Source: Octopus sinensis (taxonomy: Eukaryota). From it: a stretch of 64,000 nucleotides of DNA. Below, piece by piece: positions 1 to 12,140 of this stretch (its first letter is position 1; the number at the start of each line of letters is the position of its first letter). The notes under the pieces were generated by a model. That model was not told where the DNA came from, searched no databases, and saw only the letters and a list, made by a program, of their open reading frames with translations. Both the position numbers and the translations under genes were made by a program. The stretch spans positions 164,238,001-164,302,000 of the forward strand of contig NC_043000.1 in the NCBI RefSeq assembly GCF_006345805.1, given 5' to 3'.

Positions 1-27
1 ATTATGTACGTAATGATCACGGCTGCA

Positions 28-370
28 AGATCTTTGAATATATGTCTTTGAATATATGTTCAATGTCTTTGAATATATATCTTTAAATATATGTCTTTGA
101 ATATATAAGATCTTTAAATATATGTCTTTGAATATATAAGATCTTTAAATATATGTCTTTGAATATATAAGATCTTTAAATATATGTCTTTGAATATATA
201 AGATCTTTAAATATATGTCTTTGAATATATAAGATCTTTAAATATATGTCTTTGAATATATAAGATCTTTAAATATATGTCTTTGAATATATAGATCTTT
301 AATATAGTCTTTGAATATATAAGATCTTTAAATATATGTCTTTGAATATATAAGATCTTTGAATATATGT
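28..370. repeat. 31-bp minisatellite (AAGATCTTTAAATATATGTCTTTGAATATAT), about 10 units
   Basis: Direct tandem repeats visible. The unit consists of two related half-units, and there are small deletion variants near 290-310. Confidence 0.95.
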
Positions 371-714
371 TCGATCACGTTAAACATGTTCCTTTTTTTA
401 TATAATTTTTAGAACCCAATATAAATTAAGAAAGTGAAAAAGTGGAAAATATCATAATTATTATTGGCCAAGATGAAAGGTCGGACAAATGACTGAATTG
501 ACAAACCATCAAAAATAACATCAACAACAAGGATCATTCCCTTACCTTATTTTGTTTTCAAAGCTTGACACAAGGCCAGCAGTATTTGAGAAGATGGGTA
601 AGTCAATTATATCGACCTCTGTTCTTGACTGACATTATTTTATTGACCCTGAAAAGATGAAAACAAAGTCGACCACAGCAGAATTTAAACCCAGAACATA
701 AAGAATTCCCTTAC

Positions 715-857
715 CTGATAATAACTGAAGCCTTGCCTTCGGTCCACTCATGTATTTTCATAGCCGCCATGGCTAGAACTGATGTTTTACCACATCCTGA
801 TGAACCGTAGATAACTAATGGCTGGCCCCGATCATCTAATATGTATTTTTTTATATC
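715..857 (-). CDS. NWD1/NWD2-like gene, coding exon 8: NACHT P-loop (gene continues left of the window)
   Basis: cag|GAT...ATC AG|gtaagg. Translates DIKKYILDDRGQPLVIYGSSGCGKTSVLAMAAMKIHEWTEGKASVIIR, containing Walker A GSSGCGKT. Phase 0 start matches exon 7. Not in the ORF track. Confidence 0.93.
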
Positions 858-1178
858 CTGTATATAAAAAGATAAATTGTTGTTAACGATACCAGAAAAT
901 CAATACCTTCAGCTAATTTTTTCTCTTAAATTATGTAATGCACGTATATATGAACATCATATATATACATATATACAGAGAGAGAGAGAGAGAGAGTTGA
1001 ACTTTACAGAAAAACAAGGGACAAGACAGGTGTATAAACAACAAGCAAGTGTATTAGTTTGATGCTCGGGAAGGTGAGAAAGTCTTTTACGTTTCGAACC
1101 TATGCTCTCCAACAGAGGAACATGAGGAAATAAACAGAGAGAGAATAAAAATACTTGTGGATTTAGCGGTCGATCATG

Positions 1179-1209
<31 letters not shown>

Positions 1210-1233
1210 TATATATATCATATATATATAGCA

Positions 1234-1800
1234 GGTTTGAAATGCAATTTTAAAGGTGTTTATTCACTGACCGGTTTCACTGTTTTTAGAAAAAAGATTG
1301 TCAAAAGTAAATGTAAAGATTTGTATAAGCTTGCTGTGTAAAGTACTGGTTTTCGCAAAAGTATTAGAATAAATATATACATTCTTTGATAATAATAATA
1401 ATAAGAAGAAAGTGTTAAAAACAGTTTACAAGGAAATATCTCAGAAAATATTAAACAAAAAGTATTAGGAGTTCAATAAAAATCATGTTTGTTTGGAAGT
1501 ATCTATATATATACACAGACAGAGTATTAGAAGTTCAGTAAAAATTATGTTTGTTTGGTAGTATATATATACACAGAAGGAGATATATTTAGGAGTTTAC
1601 AAAGAATTTGAGATGAACCAACCTGCTTTAGCATTTTCACTTTGTGTGAAGATAAGGGTTGTTTGCTATTTTAAGGGACAGTGTGGGAGGTTGGTTGGGG
1701 TGGGGGAAGGAAGAGTAATGTGAAATTGAAAGGATTTTTTTGTTTCTGAGCTAGTCTGTCATGGAAGTCTGTCAAAGGTAGTAGGGTAGCAAAACGGTTG
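1234..1800 (-). mobile_element. Penelope-like 3' fragment, related to 7483-7970
   Basis: 1234-1320 matches 7492-7580. Adjacent to (TA)n, with an internal ~60-bp tandem duplication at 1455-1580. Confidence 0.55.
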
Positions 1801-2118
1801 AATGCAGAACAAATTATGTCAGCCGCGTCTTTTTTTTTAACGTTCTGGGTTCAGATCCCGCCAGAGATAGCAGTGTTTCCTTCTTTTCACTCCTCCTCAT
1901 GTTTTAAGTTTTAATGTCACTGGAGTTGACTTGGTTTTTATACTACTACCTGAGATCAATACTAAACTTATACTGAAATCCACTTCCATGGACTCCATCG
2001 TTCCTTCAAAAGAAATTCATTCTGATAAGTAGAGAAAACACCCCGTTTTTGATTTTCAGTTGGTTTAATTTCATATCAGTTACCCAGCTAATGTAAGAAA
2101 TCAATATTTATAACATAC

Positions 2119-2330
2119 CATCAAAACATCATTCCTTCCGAAAAATGACTTGCATTTTCTCTGGCAAAACATCGTGTGATGCCGAACTTCTTCACATAAG
2201 GTGTCGTTTAGTATTGATCTGTTTGCTTTATAGATCGCTTTCTCAATAAGATCTTTGATCTTTTTTTCAAAATCTTCAGACAATTTTTGCAGATATGTTT
2301 TATGCTCGCAATAAGATTCAGGATCCAAGC
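2119..2330 (-). CDS. NWD1/NWD2-like gene, coding exon 7
   Basis: tttctag|GC TTG GAT CCT...TTG ATG|gtatgt. Translates (G)LDPESYCEHKTYLQKLSEDFEK...EEVRHHTMFCQRKCKSFFGRNDVLM. 212 nt, phase-consistent. Confidence 0.92.
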
Positions 2331-2463
2331 CTAGAAATAGATACTTACTTGCAGTACCAAGATAACATGGGATGTAAACAAATAAATAAGTGGAATTATA
2401 GTCGTACATATTTAGTCTCGCTGTGAAATTAAGCCAAGGGGGATTTTTTTGACTGCTTGCAAA

Positions 2464-2545
<82 letters not shown>

Positions 2546-3047
2546 GTAGATAGACATTGTATATTTGTTAATATAAACAAGGCTTTTGCTCCGCATACAC
2601 ATTAAAGTATTCAATACTTCATTACGTGGAACGCATTTAATTTGTTAAATTATAACCCATAAAATACATACATACATGTGTTTTTACGTATGTGTGTGTA
2701 TGGATATATGTATGTATGTATATATATGTGTATATATATATCACCGTGATCACCGTGACCGACCAGGCCATCAGATGTTGCTACACATCGCTGGTCACAA
2801 TGCGCTTCGCATTGTTTTAGCCTTCAAATGATGCCACCCCGCTGGCTAAGCGAAGAAAGAGTGAGAGAAAGTCGTGATGAAAGAGTACAGCAGGGATCGC
2901 CACCACCCCCTGCCGGAGCCTCGTGGAGCTTTAGGTGTTTTCGCTCAATAAACACACACAACGCCCAGTCTGAGAATCGAAATTGCGATCCTACAACCGC
3001 GAGTCTGTTGCCCTAACCACTGGGCCATTGCGCCTCCACGTATATGT

Positions 3048-3269
<222 letters not shown>

Positions 3270-3994
3270 ATATATATATATATATAATATATAATATATA
3301 TATATATATATATATACATAGAGAGAGAAAGTGGAGAGAGAGAGAAAGAGAGAGAGAGACCCTGCTTTTGACTTTCATCATCAAAGATTATAAAAATTAT
3401 AGTTTACAACAATGGATTCGTAATTCAAAAGATTCCACATTTTGAAATGGTAAATAATTTAATAAAAATAGAAATGAAAAAGAAAATCATATGAGAAGTC
3501 TGACAGCTTTTCGCTTCCAATGAATTGTTGATGTTAGTCAGGCAATCATACAGTTATGTTTTTGGTTTAGCTGTCTTCCAGAGTGCAGAATAGAGTGAAT
3601 GGTTATAATAATATTTAAATCATGCCAATTCGGCGAGCAGGTAGAATCGTCGACCCGCCGGACAAAGTGCTTAATGCTTTGTGTTCAAATTCCGCCGAGG
3701 TCGACTTTGTCTTTCATCCTTTCGGGATCGATAAAATAAGTACCAATTGAACAGTGGGATCAATGTAATCGACTTCCCTCTCCCTTCAAAACTGCTGGCG
3801 TTGTGCCAAAATTTCAAACCAATATTTAAACCATCCAAAGACAGAAAGATTGTTGGGTGAGAAAAGGGAAAGAATAAATTAAAAGATGACAAAAGTGAAG
3901 CACCAGTTGGATGTCTTGGTCGACCACTAAATATGTTTGACAACATTTGAGCCAACTCCGATTCTCTCCGAAAAATTAAACATTCCAAACTCAC

Positions 3995-4120
3995 CTTTTG
4001 GTCTCCATTCTACGTCGTACGTCATGATGTTTTCCTTCAAAATGGATGGTATCTTATCATTTTTGAGACTGTAGAGTAAGTTTTGGGATTCTTCGAATTC
4101 CTCAGAAATATTAGGTTGTT
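3995..4120 (-). CDS. NWD1/NWD2-like gene, coding exon 6
   Basis: ttcttcag|AA CAA CCT...AAA G|gtgagt. Translates (E)QPNISEEFEESQNLLYSLKNDKIPSILKENIMTYDVEWRPK. 126 nt, phase 1 to phase 1. Confidence 0.9.
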
Positions 4121-4410
4121 CTGAAGAAAAAAGAAATATCAATTTTTTTTTTTTACATCAGTTTAGAGGCCAATGTTCGCATGAGAGAGAAGTAATAGAT
4201 TGCATTGGTTATTTGTATGTATATGAGTAAAGTCGATATTTATGGGATTCGAAATGAGAATCGAATGGGATGAAAGCACAAACCATCATAATGCATTTGG
4301 CTGGATAGAACAACAGAATAAATAATGGTTTACAGTGTTGCCATTTATCGTTCTGCTATTTTATGAGTGAAAATCCCATTAATGCCAGTTATCTCTTCCA
4401 TACTTCTAAA

Positions 4411-4745
4411 GTGAAGGCGTATGGCTTAGTGGTTAGAGCGTCGAGCTTACGGTCGTGAGGTTGTGAGCTCGAATCCCGGACCGGGCTGCGTGTTGTGTTC
4501 TTGAGCAAGGCACTTTCTTTCACGTTGCTCCAGTTCACTCAGTTGTAGAAATGAGTTGTGACGTCACAGGTTCCAAGCTGTATCAACCTTTGCCTTTCCC
4601 TTGGATAACACTGGTGGTGTGGAGAGGGGAGGCCGGTATGTATGGGCGGCTGTTGGTCTTGCATAAACAACCTTGCCCGGACTTGTGCCTGGGAGGGTAA
4701 CTTTCTAGGTGCAATCCCATGGTCATTCATGACCGAAGGGGGTCA
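4411..4745 (+). mobile_element. tRNA-derived SINE family C
   Basis: A-box-like TGGCTTAGTGG and B-box-like CTCGAATCC, followed by GTGTTCTTGAGCAAGGCACTT. A second copy lies at about 40445-40620. Confidence 0.75.
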
Positions 4746-6065
4746 TAACTTCTAAAGTTTAAGATATAAGTATCAATAATGCTGTGGTACAATTAATTGC
4801 CTATATTAATTGTTTATTCGTTTTATATCAAAATAAATTCAGTATTTGAAAAAGCAATGAAAATTTATCCTAAAAAATAGATTTCTGTAGAACAAGTAGA
4901 GAGGAAAGTCTAGTCGATAACATCAACCGCACCACTTTCATGATACTTATTTTAGCAAACCCAAGAAGATGCATCCATCTTCTTTGTCCATTACTAGGAG
5001 GGTCGTAGGGGTAGAGTCCTCAGACACTCCTCCATAGGGTCCTATCTGAAGCAAGCGTGACCAACTGAGACAATAAATTTATCACATGGGTTAACAAGGA
5101 ACGGATCTTAGATAGAGGGATCTGTTCGAAAAATATATTCTATTTCCTCCCAATGCCGGTACAACTAGTGATATGCCTCAATTTGTTCTAGGTTGCGTGG
5201 GGTAACAGTACATAGGATGCGCATCCCAGGGAAATGAAAGACAAAATCTACTTCTGTGGTTATATAACCTTGTACGTAGAGTAACGAAAGTAAAATATTT
5301 AATTCGGTGTTCTATCCTTTCCAACATTCCTCTGCCATTAACCTTAGAAATATAGAACCATCAGACTGAATCTATTGATGAAGAGAACTATGACAACGGG
5401 ATTGTATCAGAGTGGGACAAAATCTATTCACACTTTATAGTGTATAATAGTATCATAAATTAAAGCAAGAATAAATATAATGACGTAAAGTATACTAGCC
5501 AACTCAATATGACTAACCACTAAGGTTACTGATTGATTGATTGATTCTAGTTTCAGCTCATGAGCTGTGGCCATGCTGGGGCACCGCCATACTCTTTACA
5601 TCTCGTTCAGATATTTATTATTGCTAAATATAATGACGTATTTCTTAAATGGCTATAATGACTCCTCAGTGATATGATAGTATGATACTGATCTTTTAGG
5701 TATGACTATGTGGTAAAAAGCTTGCTTCCCAACCACATGGTTCGGGGTTCAGTCCCACTGTGAGATACCTTGGGCGTCTTCAACTATAGCCACGGGCCGA
5801 CAACTGAAAGAAGCCCGTCGTATACATGTATATATGTGTGTTATGTGTGTGTGTTTGTGCTCCCACCACCGCTTGACAACTGGTGCCGATGTGCTTACGT
5901 CCCCGTAACTTAGCGGTTCGATAAAGAGACCGATTGGATAAATATAAGACTTTAAAAAGTTAAGTACTGAGGTCGATACGTTCGAGTAAAAATCCTTCAA
6001 GGTGGTGCATGACTGCAATCAAATGACTGAAACAAATAGAATAAAATATAATATTATATTATATA

Positions 6066-7338
6066 CAGGGGTTGGACAAAATAATGGAAACACCTTAAAA
6101 TTTCAAACAAATTTATTTTAATATGGGGTAGAACCGCTTTTGGCAGTAATTATAACTTGAATTCTACGAGGTAAGGCCTCGTACAAAGTTTCAATTATTT
6201 CCAAAGGAATTTTTGTCCATTCTTCAGCTAAAACAGTCTCCAGTTCTTGTAGTGATGATGGTGGAGGATATCGACTCCTTATTTGTTTTTCTAAAATACA
6301 CCACAAACGTTCGATAATATTGAGATCTGGGGACTGTGGTGACCAGGTAAGATGTTCAACTTCACTAGAATGTTCCTCGTACCATTCAGTGACAACTTTA
6401 GCTGTGTGAATTGGTGTATTATCAACCTGAAAGATTGCATTTCCATCCGGAAACAGTTCCGCAAATATAGGATGAATTTGATCAGATAAGATACTTAAAT
6501 AGTCTTGACTATTAATTCTGCCATGAAGGGAAACCATTGGGTCGGCGGATTTCCAAAATATAGCCCCCCACCCAGATCATCACGGATCCTTCTCCATATT
6601 TAACAGTTGGAAGAAGGCAGTCTGGGTCAAATGCTTTTTTTGGCTGTCTCCACACGTATACTCGGCCGGTGGTCGGAAATAGACTAAAGGACGACTCGTC
6701 CGAGAAAATAACATTCTTCCACTGCTCTAGGGACCAATTCTGTAGGTTTTTACTCCGCTCTAAACACTTTGCAACGTTTTTTTTTGAAAGTAGTGATTTT
6801 CTGATTGCAGCCCTCCCGTGAAATCCGGCTTTGTGCAGCTCCCGGCGAACAGCTTTTGTGAAAACTGGGTTCTCCAGGTGGTCATTAAGCTCTGCAATAA
6901 TTTTGGGAGCTGTACTTTTGTGATCCTTTCTAACAATTCGGGCAAGAGTCCGACGGTCCCTATCTGACAGTTTTGGTTTTCTTTCGGAGTTTTGTTTTGA
7001 CAAGGAGGTTTTTCTCCCTTTCTCAAAGGCTGTCATTACTTTCGAGACAGTACTCCTTGACACACCAAACATTTCGGCTGTTTTCGTTACGCTAGCGCCT
7101 GCCATACAAGCACCAAGAATTTGACCCCTTTGAAAGTGCGATAGATTTGTCATTTTAATGAATTTTAATTACCTTTTTCTGATGATATCTGAAAAGAAAC
7201 AGCAATTTTAGCAAAACATATTAAGCAACACTAATAATAAATAAAAACAAAAATAAACAAGCTTTTGACACTTTTATAGATATTTCAAAATTATGATGCT
7301 ATGATGCTAGGTGTTTCCGCTATTTTGTCCAAACCCTG
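6066..7338 (-). mobile_element. Tc1-like DNA transposon, DD36E spacing (Incomer-like), one frameshift
   Basis: 30-bp TIRs (6066-6095 and 7309-7338, 27/30 identical), 1273 bp, TA on the left flank. Transposase 7153 to 6118 has an HTH region, FSDES, VDN-x-SPDLNIIE, and a frameshift in a G-run at about 6562-6573. Confidence 0.95.
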
Positions 7339-7344
7339 TGTGTA

Positions 7345-7395
<51 letters not shown>

Positions 7396-7404
7396 TATAT
7401 ATAT

Positions 7405-7482
<78 letters not shown>

Positions 7483-7483
<1 letters not shown>

Positions 7484-7970
7484 GAAAGAAGGTTTGAAAA
7501 TGCAATTTTTAAAAAATGTTTATTTACTTTACCGGTTTCACTCTTTAGAAAAAGATTGTCAAAAGTAACATGTAAAAGTTACGATAACACGGTGGACCAG
7601 GTCAGTTTGAACTTGCCTACTACTATAATGTAAACCTTTTTGAACTCATAATATTCTGTGCGTGTATACCAATATTCCACTGAACTTTTTAATAATTCCT
7701 TCTGGAAGCTATCTTTAACTTTGCCTTGAGAATGTATATATATGTTGGAATCTTTTTTGCCCAATATTTTCATGAACTTGTTAAACATTTTTATGTCCTT
7801 TACATGTCCTTGTTACCAAAGACTGTATATATGTATTGTAGAATTTTGTGACAACCAATAATTAACACAACCAAACTTTTACATGTTACTTTTGACAATC
7901 TTTTTCTAAAGAGTGAAACCGGTAAAGTAAATAAACATCTTTTAAAATTGCATTTTCAAACCTTCTTTCG
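7483..7970. mobile_element. 488-bp element with ~97-bp terminal inverted repeats in (TA)n
   Basis: 7483-7580 is the reverse complement of 7874-7970 apart from one indel and one mismatch. TA on both flanks. Confidence 0.85.
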
Positions 7971-8011
7971 TATATAATTCCACTCGTGCGGTACCTTACA
8001 ACTCCACTTTG

Positions 8012-8078
<67 letters not shown>

Positions 8079-8543
8079 CATATATATATATGGATGGTAT
8101 TATTAAAATACCATCACAAGTGGTAAGCGAATTATTAGCCGTACAGGCAAATTAATAAAATATATACATACAATATTACATATGTACATATTTAATATTG
8201 TATGTATATATGTATATATATATATGTATATAAATTAGAGAAAAACTACTATTATGCAATTCAAACAATGACAGACATAAACCAAATCATAAATAAAAAA
8301 TAATATATATTTTAAAACAAATAACTAGATCACAAAAAGTACAAAAATTAATAAACATTATATCTATCATTGTTTGAATCGCATAATAGTGTTTTTTCTC
8401 TAATTTTTATATATATTATATAGTTGTATTGTGAAATTTGATTTAATACTAAATTGAAATTTTCCCTGTAAGTTTGGAGTTATACTCCCTGATAATAATA
8501 TTATTATTATATATATATATATATATATATATCGAGAACTTAC

Positions 8544-8672
8544 CTTTAAAACTACTTAGATATTCATCATTACTTTGGTGCTCGATATCGATTATGTTCC
8601 TTTTAAACCAAATGCAATGTTGGTCAGGTTGGTCTGTTCCAAGAATTCCTTGCATAATTTCTGCTTCAGTGA
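8544..8672 (-). CDS. NWD1/NWD2-like gene, coding exon 5
   Basis: aaacag|TC ACT GAA...AAA G|gtaagt. Translates (V)TEAEIMQGILGTDQPDQHCIWFKRNIIDIE..., joining exon 4 to give the family motif SVTExEI. Confidence 0.92.
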
Positions 8673-8852
8673 CTGTTTTATTGTTGTTAATCCGGAAAAG
8701 TAATTCAAAGAAATTAAAGTAAATTTCATTATGCAAAAATTAAAGAAATTGCTATCGACTACTCTCACCTGCTAAATGTCATGAAACCAGTGCAACACAC
8801 TAGTCAATAAGTTTATATTTTTCGACATTACTGAATAAACTATGAGTAGTAC

Positions 8853-9064
8853 CTGACATTAGAAAACGCCTGGCTTCATCTTCTTCAAGGAGACGTTTAG
8901 CTGCTGCACAGATAATTTTTCTTAGTTGGCTGCTCTCTTTGTTCCACTGTTGTGTGGCCTCTTGCCTTTCTTCTTCTTTGTGGCTGAGAAACGATGGAAG
9001 AACGTATCCAATTGGTTGAAGAATGTAGGAGGGAGCCAACGAATTAAGGTCTTCTTTGTACCAA
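8853..9064 (-). CDS. NWD1/NWD2-like gene, coding exon 4
   Basis: ttgcag|T TGG TAC...TCA G|gtacta. Translates WYKEDLNSLAPSYILQPIG...RRFLMS, containing the NWD-type WYxxDxNxxPxxYILQPI motif. Confidence 0.93.
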
Positions 9065-9564
9065 CTGCAAAGAATAAGTTGCATATGTTGAGACAATAAT
9101 GATGGAGCAAATTGAGTTCTTTTGGATAGAGACACAATTACTTTCAGAGAATAAAGAAACCAGCTGAAACAAATCCTGTCTGGTATCGATATCTATTTAT
9201 TAACCCTGTCTGTAGCTAGGACGTAGAGGTCAGATAAGATAGAATATTGTACTTTTAAAGTACCTTGTCAGATTAGATAATATTTTCTACTCAGTACATT
9301 GTCAGATTAGATAGTATGTTGAACTTAGTTCGAAGCCTCCACCGTTTCTACTGGCTTCAGCTTTTAGACTGTGGCCATGCTGAGACTTGCCTTGAAGGGT
9401 TTAGTAGAACATATCGACCCTGCTACTTGTTTTTAAATTCTGGTGCTTATTCTATCAGTCTCTTTTGCCGTACTGCAAATTTCTGGGAACTTAAACAAAC
9501 CAACACTAGTTGTGAAGCGATGAAGAGGGGACAAGCACACACACACACACACACATGTATAAAT

Positions 9565-9711
<147 letters not shown>

Positions 9712-9712
9712 T

Positions 9713-9797
<85 letters not shown>

Positions 9798-10250
9798 TAT
9801 ACAGATAGATAGATAAGAAATCAATTAAGTTGAAAATGCACTGAGAGTATATATATTTGAAGATTTATTTAAATTTAAATATAGTCAGATGTGTGTGCGA
9901 GTGTGTATATACATATAAATATGTAACAGAGAAGCGAGATGAGACTTTCCCAAGATCAGCAAAGGCACGCTGTAGCACTTAATGCTATGTATGTATGTAT
10001 GTATGTATGTATGTATGTATGTATGTATGTATGTATGTATGTATGTATGTATGTATGTATGTATGCATTTATGTATGTATGTATGTACGTGTGTGAATGT
10101 ATGTGTGCATGAATGTATGTGTGCATGAATGTATGTAGGTTTAAAACTTCGGTTTTTAAATGATAATCTTAATAATAATTTGTTGTAAACATTTGGACAT
10201 TCAATGTATAAAAATTTCATTAAATAGCTAAAATTATTTAAAACATATAC

Positions 10251-10366
10251 CGATGTATGAGTTCTTTGTCTTCGGCAGAGTTAATGTCTGATGAAAACCT
10301 TTCAAAGATAGCTTTGTTGATGATTCTGGGGCAAGGTCGATAACCATATTTGTGGGAGAGGAATGT
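10251..10366 (-). CDS. NWD1/NWD2-like gene, coding exon 3
   Basis: ttcag|ACA TTC...CAT CG|gtatat. Translates TFLSHKYGYRPCPRIINKAIFERFSSDINSAEDKELIHR, containing the KYGYRP motif. This frame is not in the ORF track. Confidence 0.92.
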
Positions 10367-11219
10367 CTGAAGTGAAGGAATAAGTAATGTTTCAAATGAA
10401 AACCAAATAAAAATTCTTTCAAGTTAATTCTTTTATTCATGATCATAAATACTGTTTGCACTTATAATAATAACATATCGTTTTGTTTAGGAAATCCAGT
10501 TCTCGGCAAGTTACTCCTTTAATGTCATTACAAAATATTTATAAATGATTCTAAATCATTTGGATGATTGAAGATAGAAGTGAAAAAGGAAAAAATAACT
10601 GTCAAAGGACATTCATTTCGGTAACGAATTGTTATTGTTTAAATAAGGAAACTCTGCCGCCGCATTCCCATAACAGTAACACACAGCCAATGATTCAACA
10701 GGTGTATATTAGCGCATATCAACGTATGCCTGCTTCTACTGTTACTGGTGCTGCTGCTGGTGCTGCTGCTGGTGCTGCTGCTGCTGTTATTGTTGCCATT
10801 TAGCGCTAACCGATCGAACTGACCAATGAGTAAATGCCTTTCATCCGTGGCAATCCAGTCTTTTTTTTTCAGATAGTGTATCTGGAACTACGTTATACAA
10901 TGTATTCTTCATTTTCCAAGACGGTAGGATGGAATTTGAGGGAAAGTTGATTGCTACTTCTAGTGGATCCAGTTACCATGCCCAGGTTTTGTCACATGTA
11001 ATGACGGACATAATGTAACTTGTATGTGTTTGCAACTCAGGTCTCGATTCCCGATCGTAGCAATTTAATTACACTCCTGTTGCCCGAGAAGAAAAGTAGG
11101 GACGCACAACCTCCGTTTTTTCCCCCGTTCGAAGTCGATACATTTTCTGTCACCTACTTGACATTTCAGGAGTGAAAGTATCTATCAATAATTCTGGTCA
11201 TATTTTATAAATAATTGAT

Positions 11220-11720
11220 ATCTATCAATAACTTTGGTCATATTTTATGAATAATTGAAGCAATACACTAGTTAGGTCGATTCTTATTGGTCAAAGGCAG
11301 ATCTCGTAGTCGAATATGTGGTAGGTCAGAAATGTTCGCTAAACTGCTTGATGAAAGAGAAACCATCTCGTCCACACTCGTAGATATCATGAGGCAAATC
11401 GTTCACGGTGCTCGTTGATCTTTGGCTGTAGATTTGAATCGGTCCGCTCTGGATTTCCAGACCTGTGGAAGCTGTTTATGACATCATTTAAAATATTTCT
11501 TCTCCAGTTAATTTATATCGCTAGTTTTAATATTTGAACCTATTTGCCTCATGATGTCTTCGAGTGTGGAGCAGATGGTTTCTTTTTCATCAAGTAGTCT
11601 AGCAAGCAACATTTCTGACCTACCACATATTCTACTACGAGATCTGCCTTTGACCAATGAGAATCAACTTAACTAGTGTATTACAGACGCAGCTTCAATT
11701 ATCCATAAAATATTACCGGA
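11220..11720. repeat. Diverged ~180-bp inverted repeat in NWD intron 2
   Basis: About 11220-11400 aligns to the reverse complement of about 11543-11720 with scattered mismatches and an 8-nt indel. Confidence 0.8.
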
Positions 11721-12140
11721 CTGGATCACATGTGTATTTAACATGCGTAAAACCCTGAGTTGCAGTGGGGGGAATCACCAATTATTTCACAATTAATATA
11801 AACTCTATACCAAGTGTTCAGTAGTATTTTCTTTCGTTCCTAAACATAAATGTGCGTGTGTGTGTGTATGAGTATCACTGGATGATCAGCCTTCTTTTAT
11901 CCATTACCTTTTTCTTGTTCCAGTCATGAGACTGCGGTCATTCTGTGGCACCATTTTGGAGAACTTTTAGTCAAACGAATCGACCCCAGTACTTATTTTT
12001 GAGCCTGATTCTTATTCTATTAGTCTCTTTTGCTAAGTTACAGAAATTTAAACATACCAACACCAGTTGTTAAGCAGTGGAGGAGGAGACAAACTATGGC
12101 ACAAAGACACACAGATATAAACATATATATATATATATAT

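Noticed and set aside
28-370. CRISPR-like array
   Set aside because: The repeats are contiguous with no unique spacers, there are no cas genes, and the context is a eukaryotic intron.
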